From Pelagomonas calceolata (Eukaryota): 64,000 nt of DNA. The position numbers were made by a program, and so were the translations under genes. Every line of letters starts with the position of its first letter. Within the stretch, counting starts at the first letter, position 1. Shown piece after piece: positions 1-12,119 of this stretch. A model generated the notes under the pieces. The model ran no database searches. It saw only the letters and a list, made by a program, of their open reading frames with translations, and had not been told where the DNA came from. Where the stretch lies: positions 3,658,001 through 3,722,000 of the forward strand of contig CAKKNE010000002.1 of the NCBI GenBank assembly GCA_918797485.1, read 5' to 3'.

Positions 1-1209
1 TAGTCCGTCATGATACCATCCAAGTCAATAAGACCATCAACTGAATCATGAACAACCTCTCAGAAACAAATAAAGCAGAACGAGCTAGGGGAGATGGATG
101 CGATGCGGGATCTACTTCACGCCCCTCGTTTGCATCAAGATCTACCCGCACCCAACATGGGGTCGACGACATATGTCATGCGAGTAATAAACAAATAAAC
201 AAACTTGAACTAAGGGAAGACCTAAAACAAAGCTTATTAAAAGGAACACGGGCAAGCTCGCTCCTAATTAGTGGCACCGTCACGGTGACTGGCAGGGTAT
301 AGTTCAATAAGTTAGTAAGCCTTTCCAGCGAAATTCCTCCGCATTAGAAAGAAGGACTCACGGTAGTATAGATGCCTCAGGCTCGGGGCCGGCCGGCCGG
401 ACAGGACTCGGATAGAGGGTCCTTTTCGGAGCACTGGCACTGCCAGTGGCAGTTCTAAGTGTGGCAGTCTTCAAAAGTTCGCCAGTGCCCGGTGGGCCCG
501 GGCCCAGGCCACTGGCAGTCACTGAGTCACGGTGTGTAAGCTCAGGCTCACGCCGACTCGGAGCCTTCCCACAGCACAGCACTCAGGCTTCAAGTCACGG
601 TTGGGCGGCCCCGGCCCGGGCGGCGGCTCCGAGTCATGCCAGCCTGGGTGGTCACTGGCCCGGGCACTCAGGCTCAGGCTGACATTGGGGGCGCGGCGGT
701 TGGGGCTAAGCGTGAGATATTTGACCCCTTCGTCGTGCTCTCCGTCCTCGATTTGTTCTTTCTTCGTAGGTAATGTACCGTAGGTACCGTATTCACTAGA
801 CCTACTTTATCCAGGAATTCAAGGTATACGCACATATCATAGCAGGACTGCGGTATAGGTGATTTTTCTTTTCTAGGCATTCACTGTAAAACACTGGCAC
901 TCCCGGGCCGAGTCTACGTCAATAGGCGGAACCTTGTGGGCCCATAACCTAGCAAGAGTATGTCGCAGCATTATTTAAGGTAGCAGGGTCCTAGCTCACC
1001 AGCCAACTTGAAAGGCTGCCAGTGGCCCGGGGCCAGTGGCAACTTGAACCCGGCCCGGGCGGGCCTAACCGTGACTACGAGACTCGGAGTGTTTTATAGC
1101 AAATTGTGTTTACACCGTAGTGTCAATAAATACTCGATGTATAGACTCAAATTTAGAGAGTGGGAGATACATATCCAGGGTAGGAAGGGCTAGTAGGTTT
1201 CTCTCTCTA

Positions 1210-1296
1210 TAGGTAGGTACTTACGGTACCGTACCGTACCGTAGGTAGGTACCGTAGGTACCTACAGGTAGGTCCTACCTACGGTACGGTAGGCGT
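1210..1296. repeat. Array of Tc1/mariner-type excision footprints (TA-CCG/CGG/CC/GG-TA)
   Basis: The sequence parses almost entirely as TA separated by GG, CC, CCG or CGG. Confidence 0.7.
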
Positions 1297-1493
1297 ACGA
1301 GTATAAAAATTATATGACGACATCGATTTTTGTTCCTGAAGTGGGATAATATTTACGCCAGGATCCAGCGACGCGCCGTAATTGCCTCAGCTACCACCCC
1401 CAGCGTAATGCCTCTCAGTTCGGATCACCCCGTTTTTTTTCGCATGGCCCGGGTGCACCGCAGTTACCAGTCTTGCTGTGAGACCTGAAATTA

Positions 1494-3289
1494 ATGGGTT
1501 GTGGTATTTCCAGCAAAGTCGAGTCGACGTCTATAAGGGGCCCTCAGACCGCAGACCAGTCATCAACCTTGACCCTAGGGCTATTGCCTGCTCCGCGAGA
1601 ATCCCACGTGCTTCGTGGGGGCGGGCATGATTCCAGAAATTCGCATGTATCTTGGCGAAGAGGTGATCTGATTGGCACCGGAGCGAATGGACGGGTATAC
1701 CTTGGACTCGAAGAAGATAGTGGTGCAATTATTGCAGTCAAAGAGATGGCATTCAGCAACGAGCAACATTCCAGCGTCCTGCTCAAGAATATAGAGAATG
1801 CACACGCAGGCAAGAACTGGAGGAACTGGCCCAAATGCAAGAGGAAATAGAGTTGCTTCGATCCTTGCAGCATCCTAACATTGTGACTTACCTTGGCACA
1901 GACATCTGTGATGAAAATAAATTGCTTTATATCTTCACAGAGTGGGTTCCTGGCGGGTCGATCCAAGCGCAAACGCAGTGTAGAATATACCTGGCGCGAT
2001 TCACGGCCAATTCTATAGTCTCAGGCACTGATTACAAAATTTGGTCGCTTATCAGAGGCAATTGTGCGCAAATACGTTGCTCAGCTACTTGTCGGTCTTA
2101 AATATTTGCACGAACAACAAGTGATTCATCGCGACATAAAAGCTGCAAACATTTTAGTTGATGATCGAGGTACAATTAAGCTCGCAGACTTTGGCAGCTC
2201 AAAAAGACTGGACTCAATGGGCATGATAAACAATGGTAACCTTTCACTCAGAGGGACGCCGTACTTTATGGCGCCCGAAGTTATCATGCAAATAGGGCAT
2301 GGGCGAAAGGCTGATATCTGGAGTGTAGGGTGCACAATCTTGCAGATGGTCACTGGGCAGCCTCCGTGGAAAAACCTTCGCCTCGGAACGCCCGCTGCAC
2401 TCATGTTTCATATAGCAAATGCTCAATCTCCTCCCCCAATGCCGTGAGATTCAGTGGTCTCTGTATGCCTTTGTCTATGGGGAGAGAGCGGGTTGGGATA
2501 GGGTTGAGTATCATTTTTACTTCAACTATAGGTCAATGTTGTCCATTGAGCTCAATAACTTGCTCCTCGCCACATTCTCTCGCGACACAAATAGACGTCC
2601 AGCAGCCAATGACTTACTCAGATACCCTTTTGTTGTTGCAAATGGTGCAGCAGCAGAGGCAAATGCAGCCGAAAGTCGAGCGGCGCTGCGGAGTACACCA
2701 CTTGCGCGAAGCATGCGGGCTGCCATGCCTAATCAGGTCAGCACCATCGAGGACGCTGCAGACCATACTTTGGCATGTCAGGCAATTGGAATCTTGAGTT
2801 AGATGCCAGAGTCCACCACATATCAATGATGCCTCATTTTCACACTCAGGCAAAGAGTCTGATAGCGCCGAGGGCTTCTTCTTTGAATCATTTCGCATGC
2901 CCCCAGGCGGCGAAGATCCACTTACAGCGAAAGTTGACAAAGAGGGACAGGATGTTTGTGGCCAGATGAACCCCAACTTGAGAATGGAAAAGCAATTTTT
3001 GGGCTCAACACATAGCAATGGAGTGGACAATGAAGCCCTTGTCACTATGTTCCTCTCCAGAGAGGCGGCAGCTCAACTTGCTGGTGCAGACAAACATTTC
3101 CCAGGTCATCCACCAACAGCACAACCAACCCCATCAAGCCAAAGGCACAATGGCAAGATTAGATTGCGAGGGTTTGCAGCAATTCTACCTTCTAGAACTC
3201 GCGGTTGTGATGAATCCTCAGTGGCCCATTCGAATCACCGAACAAGGAAAAGTCCGCTTCTAATGACAAAACTGCCCCGACGTAAATAA
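1494..3289 (+). CDS. MAP kinase kinase kinase (STE11/NPK1/MEKK-like), multi-exon; 3' end uncertain (may extend to about 3770)
   Basis: Kinase motifs across frames: GDLIGTGANGRVYLG, IAVKE, HPNIVTYLG, EWVPGGSI, HRDIKAANILV, KLADFG, GTPYFMAPE, ADIWSVGCT, RRPAANDLLRYPF. Introns near 1763/1775-1809, 1967-2024 (GC-AG) and about 2443-2531 (GT-AG). N-terminal MGC. Confidence 0.9.
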
Positions 3290-4188
3290 CAACAACACCC
3301 CAAACAAGAAAGCCTCACTCGTTGTCCATCCACCAACGACTCATTATGTAACCTACCCGCGGCCAGTCAGGTAGGAATACTAGCAGCACCATTATCTTGA
3401 GATAGGCGCAGATAAGTCCCGCAAAATTCATGCAGGCACAACACGAGCGCTATGAACAGTTTCCAAGTCCCCTTGTCTTCAATGACAACCACATAATGGT
3501 CCAATTCATTCAATGCTTGCCCCTGCCGATTGTCTTAACTGCACCTGCGGCTTCATTTGCATGTCAAACGCAATTGCTGTAGCGCGAGTCCATAGGAGCG
3601 GGCTTGAGTGCTCTGGCCTCCGCAGTCAGAATGCCGCGCGGTTACTTTGAGCTGGGCCAGGGCATGCAGTCACATGGTGTGTTCTCCGAGCGTAAATGAC
3701 GAGCCCAGTAGGACAAACCCCAGTTGGAGTTCTTGGCAAGTGCGATTGACGGGAAGGTAACCCGCTCTAGATACCTCCACTCTTATATTCGCACACCCAA
3801 ATCGGGACCGCACACCGCGCAACAACAATGGCCAACCAGATGATAAAATAGCTGCCATCAAAGTTGCCAGTGACTTAAACTTAAACTTGAATAACTTATG
3901 CCAGTCACGGGCCCGGGCATAATTTTGAAATAAATTTGTGTGGATTAATACACTGGATTAATCATGATTGAAGTGGACCACCCCAATAAATGTCACGGTA
4001 ACACCGCGACCCCTCCAAGACCCACTGTGTTTTACCTTATTTTTTATTTTTTTTTCAATTTCGCATGCTAACTTGAAGCTGGCAGACTTCAAGTTACTGG
4101 CACAGTGACTACTAGTATTAGTATGGTGATGATGATGATGATGATACTGTTGTTAGGGGACTGTTAGGGGAGACTAGTGGAGGTACCG

Positions 4189-4639
4189 TCCCCTAGGCCG
4201 GAACTTGAAGTCGGTTAATTCGTTGGAGTAACATTCTTCCTTACCTTCTCTTAGCTCTAATTAGAATGAATTAGCCTGCGACGCTTAAGGCTCCTTGGAG
4301 ACTTCGAAATTTATAGGGGGGTCGGGCGCAATAGTCGACGTTGGCAGGTTTTGGCGCAATGAGCGTACAGCCACACGCCGGCCGAATGGCGGCAAACTTT
4401 TGCTGAGGCGCAGCTTCCGTATGCTAAAATAATGGGTTGCGTGCAAAGTTTGGTGCATGCGGGCAGCCTCGCGCTGAAAAATCAGCTGCGACGCGGTGAT
4501 GGTCCGAGATAAAACCCGCCCGAAAAACAATCTCTCCAATGGACGGGATAAACCGGCCTCGAATGATCCACTAATTATTTCCTATCGTTCCATATCTATA
4601 TAGGGCTGCTAGGGAATATCCTGCTTCCGGCCCTGCTTA
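4189..4639. repeat. Dispersed repeat family A, copy 1 (non-autonomous element)
   Basis: Aligns with 17061-17443 (high identity) and about 62360-62745 (diverged); short inverted repeats CCGGAAGTCGG / CCGACTTCCG near the ends. Confidence 0.9.
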
Positions 4640-4949
4640 GAGGTACCGTGCGTCGCAATGAGTTTGCACCGCAGGAATCTTGACAGAAAGCGTCAAGGTG
4701 GGCCCCACTAGAAGTCCTGGCAGCTAATTCCCGCTGGTTCAAAACTAATCTGGCCCGGGCAGTTTGGTAAATTTGGCGACACTCTCTGAGGATACACTCT
4801 CGGCGCTTTGCGCGCTAAATACGCGGCGGGAGCGCACATTAGGCGCCTGCGCGGCCCGCAGCAAGCTGTACCGGCATGGGGCAGCTGTACCAGCAAATGA
4901 CGGCCCGGGACTGCGTTTATCTTACCGCTGCGCATTCGCACGTGGCTCG

Positions 4950-7431
4950 CCGGTTGACACGTAGGACGTCATACGCCCATCTCCATGTGGAACGAGCCGT
5001 AGGCCCAAACACATTCTCGGCCGAGATTGTCATCAACTCACCCACGGTCAACATCGCGGCGTCACAAGGTCAGGCATGTTTGTGTAATTACGCAATGAAA
5101 CTTCGGTGGCTGTTCTTTTGGGGGCCACATACTTTTGCCTGCAACGCATGCAACCCGGCAAAACTAGCGTCAAGGAAATGAGTTTGCTGCAGAAGTAGAT
5201 TTCCCAGAAGATCCAGTGGGCTTTTCCCCGCAAATAGTACTTGACATGATGCGCCCGCACTTGTCACGCTGTCACGTGTGGCATCGGCAGAAACATAGAC
5301 GCGGTGCTTTTCACGGCTTACCAGTTCAGGGATACGCGACAATTGGGCGGTGAGAATTCCGAGATCATGGAAGTAGCAGCGTTCACACAGTGACAGATGT
5401 GGAGTTAATTCAGCACCAGCACTATTGAGCAAGGCAGCGCGGCTATTAACGCCCTTTTGTCGAGCGATGGCCATATGCACTACCACTTTGAGTAAACTGT
5501 TATTCAAGACCTATACAAGGTCAACTACCCACTCCAAATTAAATCTGGCATCTTCACTGGTTCCACATTCAATGTTTTGTTTGCTAATGTAAGTTGTGGG
5601 AAGCGCCTGCTGCAAATCAAGCAAAGGGCATTGGCAACTGCCATTGATCGCCTGGCGTAGTCCAGAATTGGCACGGTGACATAACCTTCTAAATATTCAC
5701 GAATATCATTAAGCCAGATTAATGTTTTCCTGCGGGAGGTAAAAATTGCGAGACGCCCAAAAGCGTTGTTAACATCGTCGACCACAGTGATCACTTCAGC
5801 TACAAAATGTAGCATGTCACTGCTGCTGTGCGGGATTTGGCTACGTACAAGCTCTGAAGGTACATAATGATTTGCAGATACATCAATAGCACAGCACGAG
5901 CAATCATCAAACCAGCCTATGCACAAGGGTTAGAGCGGAGTGATATCTTAGCAATATGGCGCAGTGACACAGGGACAAACACAGCATTGTCGCGGAATGG
6001 CTTGCACTGCCTCCAAGGAGACAACTGCTCACAACCTTTAGGTGTGGGTCTGAAGAAATGAAGGTATGACTACAGCGGGCTGGACTTTTGGAGATTACGG
6101 ACTTGATGTCTAAAAAGGCATCCTTTTGTTTCATAATGATCTCAATCAAGCTAAGTAAATGGATAGTGGTCACATCATGCCTGACAACATAGTGTACACC
6201 ACAGCCTGAAGTTTCCAAGCGCAAAGCAGCCTCCTCCACCGCATCAGCAACAAACAGAGACTCAATATGATGCATCATAAAGCTTTCCTGAGTACGCCAT
6301 GCAGGCATGAAAATATCAACTCCACAGAGAATCATGTCGACATGGCCATCATCAGTGGCTATGAGAAGGATCGTTAGTGCGTCTCTGTCACGTGCAACCA
6401 TTTGCAGCGGAGAACTGCCACGTAAGTTCAATGTAAATGATTGGATCAAAGGCGGTTCATGATCAAAGTTTCTTTGCTCTTCTCCTTCAATCCAAGAGAA
6501 ACTGCTCTTTGTAGCCTCACTACTATCCACACTTGAAATGTTTATGAGGTATGGGAAGGTAGCATAGAGCCATCGCAATGGAATTTCCCATTTTCCTTGA
6601 GTTTCATTGCTATTTGCGTAATTCCAGCCATCAACACACGCATCTCTAAGAGCCAAAACTTCACTCTGTGAAGCACAGCTTTGCCGTGGTGCCACGGGAA
6701 ATAGAGTGACGAGCTGATTAGGTGCAAGAAGAAAAACCCCAAAGCGGCTGTGCCTACGGCACATGCAGTTGACAGGCCAAAATCCTGTTACACTGGCTGT
6801 GCTGCTCTGATCCAAAGCAGAGCATTTGTACATGAGGAACACCAGTTATGAGAGATGTTGTGTCTCCCCCATAAATATCCCAAAACGTAATAACACCGGA
6901 GGCATCGATTGTGCAGATGTGGTTATCAAATTGTTGCGGAAAAGTTGCATCCAAGATTTGAGTGGAACTAGAGTTGCTGGGATCATTGAGGAATATCTCC
7001 AGTCTCCACTCATCTGAAGGGCACAGCGCGCCATTTTGGTCGCGTGGTGGAGGCAACACCTAGAAACTCGCATAAAAAGACGTTGTTGTGTGTTCTCTGA
7101 TCGCTCGCAACACCCAAAAAATGGCGCCCCGCAAGGATAACTGCATCAGCTTTATGATTAAAGCGTACAATGCAAAGCGAAGTGTGCTCCAACCTCTTGT
7201 GGGGGATGCACACCGGATAGAGCTTCTGAAATGCATGGTGACTGTAGCCCAATGCATTATTCCGCGTCACAATTAGCAGGTCTCCGCGGCAGGATGTGGC
7301 AACTAACGCGTCCTCCATACTACTGCAACAAAGACAGCCAGACAGTGTGGCCCACGCGAAAAGTTCTCCACTGTCTTTGTTGTTGCGTGTCGTGACGGTC
7401 ACGATTGTTGTCCAATTGAATTGCCTGCCAT
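4950..7431 (-). CDS. Nucleoporin Nup88/Nup82-like protein, multi-exon; ends approximate
   Basis: Consecutive minus-strand ORFs (7010-7402, 6754-7059, 5907-6842, 5525-5926, 5088-5507) give beta-propeller-like segments (VRFNHKADAVILAG, DNHICTIDASGVITFWDI, FGVFLLAP..LFPVAP, LLIATDDGHV) followed by a helical tail (SRAALL..LSLCERCYFHDL). This matches my recollection of Nup88 architecture. Confidence 0.55.
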
Positions 7432-7530
7432 CCCTGCACCGAGATCTTGGGCGGAGCGTCTTAAAAAAAACGAACCCAGAGTACGGTACGGGTTTTTACC
7501 CCCCCCTCGCCCACTAGCTAGCGGTTGCGA

Positions 7531-7645
7531 AAACCAGAGTGTCTACTAGGGCTTACCTGACGAGCACATTTGGCCGCAGAGTAAATTAAGGCTAAAGATA
7601 AATCAATTAGCGGCGAGCCCCGGGCCCTAGTAGACACTCTGGTTT
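7531..7645. mobile_element. Small MITE-like inverted-repeat element
   Basis: Perfect 22-bp inverted repeat AAACCAGAGTGTCTACTAGGGC / GCCCTAGTAGACACTCTGGTTT; TSD not resolved. Confidence 0.75.
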
Positions 7646-9358
7646 CGAGCTGACTGCCTCTCGGCCCCGTCGTAGTGGTCTTCAAAGTCCCATTCAGGCT
7701 GAGGCGTCATTGGTTGCAACGCGTCAATAATGATCTTCGCTGCCTCATGGCCGTGTCGCGGGCACGGCGACGCGCCAAGGCATCCGAGGCCCCTCGGGCA
7801 CGCGAGCCTTCTGAGACGAGGCGGAGGTGTTCTAACGGCGTATCAGACGCCGATGCACACCAGGCGGGGAGTGTAGACTGTGATCATTCTATCGTCCACG
7901 GGAAACATATATGCACGTCCTACCGATCGAATTTGTCAAGAACAGATCCTACCGATCGAATATGGTCCCCCGATGGAAAACTGACCGGTGGCAGTGTGGG
8001 CTTCTGGAGACTAGAGGCGAACCGGTGTGCCTTCTCTACCAGCACCCTGGAGATATATTTGCCGTTCGCGCCGCTCCGGCTTTGGGCCTCGCGGAGAGCG
8101 GCAGCTCTCGGGCCCTGGAAGACCGCTGAACCGCGGTCTTTCAGCGCGCGCGGCGCTTAAGGCACGAGATGATGAAATAGTTATGCCCATTTTTACACCA
8201 AAATGACCTGTTTTTACTCTAATCTGCAAGATTTCCGCTCTAAGGCGAGCGGAAATTTTCAGACATGATTCAAACACATTTTTTTGATAAAAATGGGTCA
8301 TAACCATGTGCCCCTTTTGGCCAACAAAACCCGAACCTTCCCCGAAAAATCGCCGAAGTCGACGTTCCTAGGGGGTAGATCAGGAAAATAAATTTCGACG
8401 TCAATCTCCCCAGACAGACGTGGACACCCCACGCTTAAATTCCGATCAACCTTTCAAATGACACTCGGGGCGATAAGGGCGATAAGGGTGATGTTTTGAG
8501 GTTTTATGAAAATGTAATTTTAGTCTAGGGGGGCGGAATCCTACTAGGAAGGGGTGATGGTGGTCTTAGGGGTGGTGTTTTTTAATCTTCAGGGTAATAA
8601 GGTGTGGCAATGACGGGTGTGGCAATGACGGGCCCTTGCTCCTCGAACTGGCTGTTTTCATTGTTAGACGCATCCGTCCGTACCGTATGAAGTCAAATAT
8701 TATCCAAATAGCGACCATGGCTGTACGGCGTTTTGCGCAAAAAGCACATCAACCGTGACGGCGCAAAAGCGCTTACCCCCCCTAAAAATCGAAGTCTCCA
8801 CGGAACATTAAGTGTCGCAGGGTAATTCAGCACGAATTTACCTTAGGGAGGATCGCTCGGAATCTTACTGTAAAAAAATTCCCGGTGTCCGGCCCTGCTT
8901 ACGTTTCTACTACTACTAGAACTTGAAGTATATTTTAAAGCTCTCAGGGTAAATAGCGTCTCCGAGTCATCCGCTATTCAAAGTTCGCCCCAGGCCGAGT
9001 AATTCACCTGCGGAGCCTGCAACGTCCAGGGTGATACGCTGGGCTGATCGCCAAGCTAACGCCCCGCGAGTAAGATTTCTACACGTACACCTAAAGCGGC
9101 TCGGGCTGTTAATTTTATGTGTCATGGAGAAGGCGCTGTATGTAGTGCTTCGGGCCGTGCACCTGCAAAAGTGTGCGTTATCTTGGGTACTGGCAAGATT
9201 AGGCGCCTAGATATAACCTCTCAGGGAGAGCGCCAACCAGACGTCTTGAGCTATACACTTTAACACCCACACCATTTCACACTGACTAACCAAATGACCG
9301 CGACTCTTGGTGAGGGACAGCGGAAATCTAAGGGGCTAGTCTCAAAGAGTTGGCAATC

Positions 9359-10363
9359 TCACTCGAGGTGGATTTGGTAGATGTCCGATGTGGCCTGCTT
9401 TCCATTCCAGCCACCAATGATGTATAGTCTTGTGCCCACAGCGCTCATGGTGTGGCCATACTTGTGGGCAATTTCCTGATAAGTTTGGGGAACAGTCCAT
9501 CGCTCAATGGAGGTTCCAGGGCTTGATTCAAGTAGGCGGAACGAACCTGAACCTTCTTGATTACAAGCTCTATTCTGAAGGCCCCCACTGCCCCAACCTC
9601 CAAATACAATTAAACCATTGCCAACTTTCGTTGTTGTGTGACCATGCCTCTTCGAAGGCGGTTCCCCCCCCTGAATAGTTGACTTCGTCCAGATCATAGT
9701 CTCGGTGTCGAGTTGGCGCAAATCATTGTGATACTGCGGCACAGGAAATATTGAACTAACGGTACAGCCACCAAAACACAAGATACGACCGTCAGTGAGC
9801 AGGCTGAGAGAGTGGCCATATCGCGGCGATGGTTGAATTCCTGCACACCTAGGCTGTACCCACGTAAAAGTATCAGAGTTAAAGACCCAAAGATCACCCA
9901 TGCACTGCATATGGCCGTCCCAACCACCATGGACCACAACTTTCCTGCCCACAAGCAAGGATGCGTGAAAGAATCTGGGTGATGGACATGCGCTTGTAAC
10001 TGACAGAGGGACCCAGCTCCATTCAACTAAGTCAAGGAAATACATATCTCTCAGCGTGCCGACTTCCCCACGACCTCCAAAGACGAACATCCGTGAGCCA
10101 ATCAACTCCGCGGAATGCCCGTATCGAGGTGTTGGCGCCTCCCCAGAGCAGGCTACCTTGTGCCACAGATGATGCTCTGTGTCAAGAGTAAAAGTATCGT
10201 TAAAGTACGCAAATCTTCCGCCGGAAGTGTAGCATGAACCACCAAATATGATGACCTGATCCTCCGCCATCGCGGCGGAATGTCCACCGCGCGCGGAGGG
10301 GCTGTCTCCATCGGTAACGATTCGGGCAAAGCTTAAAGCCGGCATGCCTCCGTTACCTTGCAT
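9359..10363 (-). CDS. Kelch-repeat beta-propeller protein
   Basis: 334-aa ORF with six Kelch repeats (PSARGGHSA..IIFGG, PTPRYGHSA..FVFGG, PSPRFFHAS..VHGG, PSPRYGHSL..CFGG, PSKRHGHTT..VFGG, KYGHTM..IIGG). Alternative start at 10345. Confidence 0.93.
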   Translation of the reverse strand: MQGNGGMPALSFARIVTDGDSPSARGGHSAAMAEDQVIIFGGSCYTSGGRFAYFNDTFTLDTEHHLWHKVACSGEAPTPRYGHSAELIGSRMFVFGGRGEVGTLRDMYFLDLVEWSWVPLSVTSACPSPRFFHASLLVGRKVVVHGGWDGHMQCMGDLWVFNSDTFTWVQPRCAGIQPSPRYGHSLSLLTDGRILCFGGCTVSSIFPVPQYHNDLRQLDTETMIWTKSTIQGGEPPSKRHGHTTTKVGNGLIVFGGWGSGGLQNRACNQEGSGSFRLLESSPGTSIERWTVPQTYQEIAHKYGHTMSAVGTRLYIIGGWNGKQATSDIYQIHLE

Positions 10364-11126
10364 TTCTCGCGGTATGTACAGTAAGTATCTCGTGAAACAG
10401 GGATACCACGGCCGTGACTATGAAACTAATACGCAGTAATACTCCTACTCGCCCCAGGCGCGCGCCTTGATAGTAGCCGCGGCCCGCGCGGCAAGAGTGA
10501 GGAAGGACACACTCCCCGCGGTCGGCGTCGCGGGCCCTAAGTCCCTTCCACTGGCCGCACGGCGCGTCGGCGCGTCGTTCCAACATCCGCTGGAATGCAC
10601 ACGTACGTCATACCGGTCGAATTTTGTCGATAGATGCCGAAGCGGCCCGCGATCGACATTCACCGAATATGCTCTCGCGACCGGCCGTGGGTTGACATGT
10701 GGCGACGGATAGCTGGTGGACTTCTGGAGGTGCACCGCTGTTTGCGTTGGTCAGGTGCTTCTCTACATTCGCATACGTATAACGATGAAATTAATTGATA
10801 TAGAATATATGATGATGTGCTTACGGATTTACCCAAACCTGAAACTCGCGTGGTACGCCGCGGCGGCCCTTTTCGAGAAGAAGAAGGAGGGAGGTCCGTG
10901 CGACCACCTTACTCTGTCCTAGCCCGACGGATGGGTCCCGGAGGAGCGGGAGCGACTAGGGGGTCGCGCGCCGTGTAAAACCCGAACCCGAACCCAGATG
11001 GCTCTCACGGAACCGACCCAATAATTGCCGGCATCCGGCAAACTCGAGTGCACAGTTGGGCCAGCGTAAAATGACCGCATCCTGTCGTACTTTGGCGCGT
11101 AGGCGTAAAAACTTTTAACTGCCAGA

Positions 11127-12119
11127 ATGAGGAGCTGCCAGCGAGTCTGTTTCTTTTGCTTCGAATGGAGTATGCTTGCCCTAGGACCATGCCTAATCAC
11201 CACGGTGCTGCTACTTGTGACCTGGGAAATATATTGGGTCCTGACCGCACTCGTCCCACGCATCAGCCCGCTAGGGACGACGAGGTGGTGGGCGCACGTC
11301 ACCTGGATTTATTTCCTATCATTTAATGGACTCTTCAACTATTTCTCCTGCGTGCTCACCGACCCTGGCACTCACTTATCCCCATTATACCGTGCGCTAG
11401 TCCTTGTGGCAGATGTGGACGGTGCGCTTGCCCCTTCGGACGTGGCTACAGGCCTTACGAGGGAGTCATTGTCACATACCAGAGCTTTGACCGCATCGTG
11501 GCTTGAGCGCGGTCCTTATGAGTGGGGTTATTGCAAGCAGTCGCGGGGGCCAAAAGCCCCGCGGTCTCATTATGACCACGTAACCCGCAAGCTTGTTCTC
11601 AATATGGACCACTATTGCCCTTGGATGTTCAATTGCGTCGGTTTTGCAAATTATAGGTATTTTGTGCTCTTTTTGTTTTATGTTACGGTAGCATGTGGTT
11701 ATGGTGCTGCGCTTACCTTCCCCGACTTCTCAACAGTCGCTGGGCTGCGGAGTTTTGCTGCGTTTCGTGGTCCACGCCCCACAAGTCGCGCCCATACTGC
11801 GGTCATGTTTACCTTTGTTCTTTCCATCTCGGTTGGAATCGCGGTCATGCTCCTTTTTAGCTGGCATCTCTATCTTGTTCTAACGGCTCAGACAACTATT
11901 GAGTTCTATGGAAATTGCACATTGCGCCGTCGCGCGCGTGTGCGAGGCCATGACTTTCGTAACCCTTATCATCGCAGCTACTCCACGAATTGGCAACATT
12001 TATTTGGCACCATGCGCCCTATAATCGCACTCCTGCCGAGCTCTCGTCCACCTCCAGGGAGGCCGTGGCCTTGCTTCCAGCTGCGGCCTTGCATGGTGAA
12101 ATCTGAAATCGAGGTCTGA
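11127..12119 (+). CDS. DHHC-type palmitoyl S-acyltransferase (DHYC variant)
   Basis: TM helices, TDPG, PKAPRSHY..LVLNMDHYCPWMFNCVGFANYRYFVLFLFY, QTTIEF and NPY motifs. Confidence 0.95.
   Translation: MRSCQRVCFFCFEWSMLALGPCLITTVLLLVTWEIYWVLTALVPRISPLGTTRWWAHVTWIYFLSFNGLFNYFSCVLTDPGTHLSPLYRALVLVADVDGALAPSDVATGLTRESLSHTRALTASWLERGPYEWGYCKQSRGPKAPRSHYDHVTRKLVLNMDHYCPWMFNCVGFANYRYFVLFLFYVTVACGYGAALTFPDFSTVAGLRSFAAFRGPRPTSRAHTAVMFTFVLSISVGIAVMLLFSWHLYLVLTAQTTIEFYGNCTLRRRARVRGHDFRNPYHRSYSTNWQHLFGTMRPIIALLPSSRPPPGRPWPCFQLRPCMVKSEIEV

Noticed and set aside
430..700. The 8-mers as transcription-factor binding sites
   Set aside because: Many different words share one structural rule and appear as copy-specific insertions in repeats; later co-option is not excluded.
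358..783. Short overlapping ORFs
   Set aside because: They are translations of scar-word tracts, with no domain or coding signal.
8160..8900. TE-like tract with short tandem duplications
   Set aside because: Probably element debris, but no termini or coding remnant could be defined.
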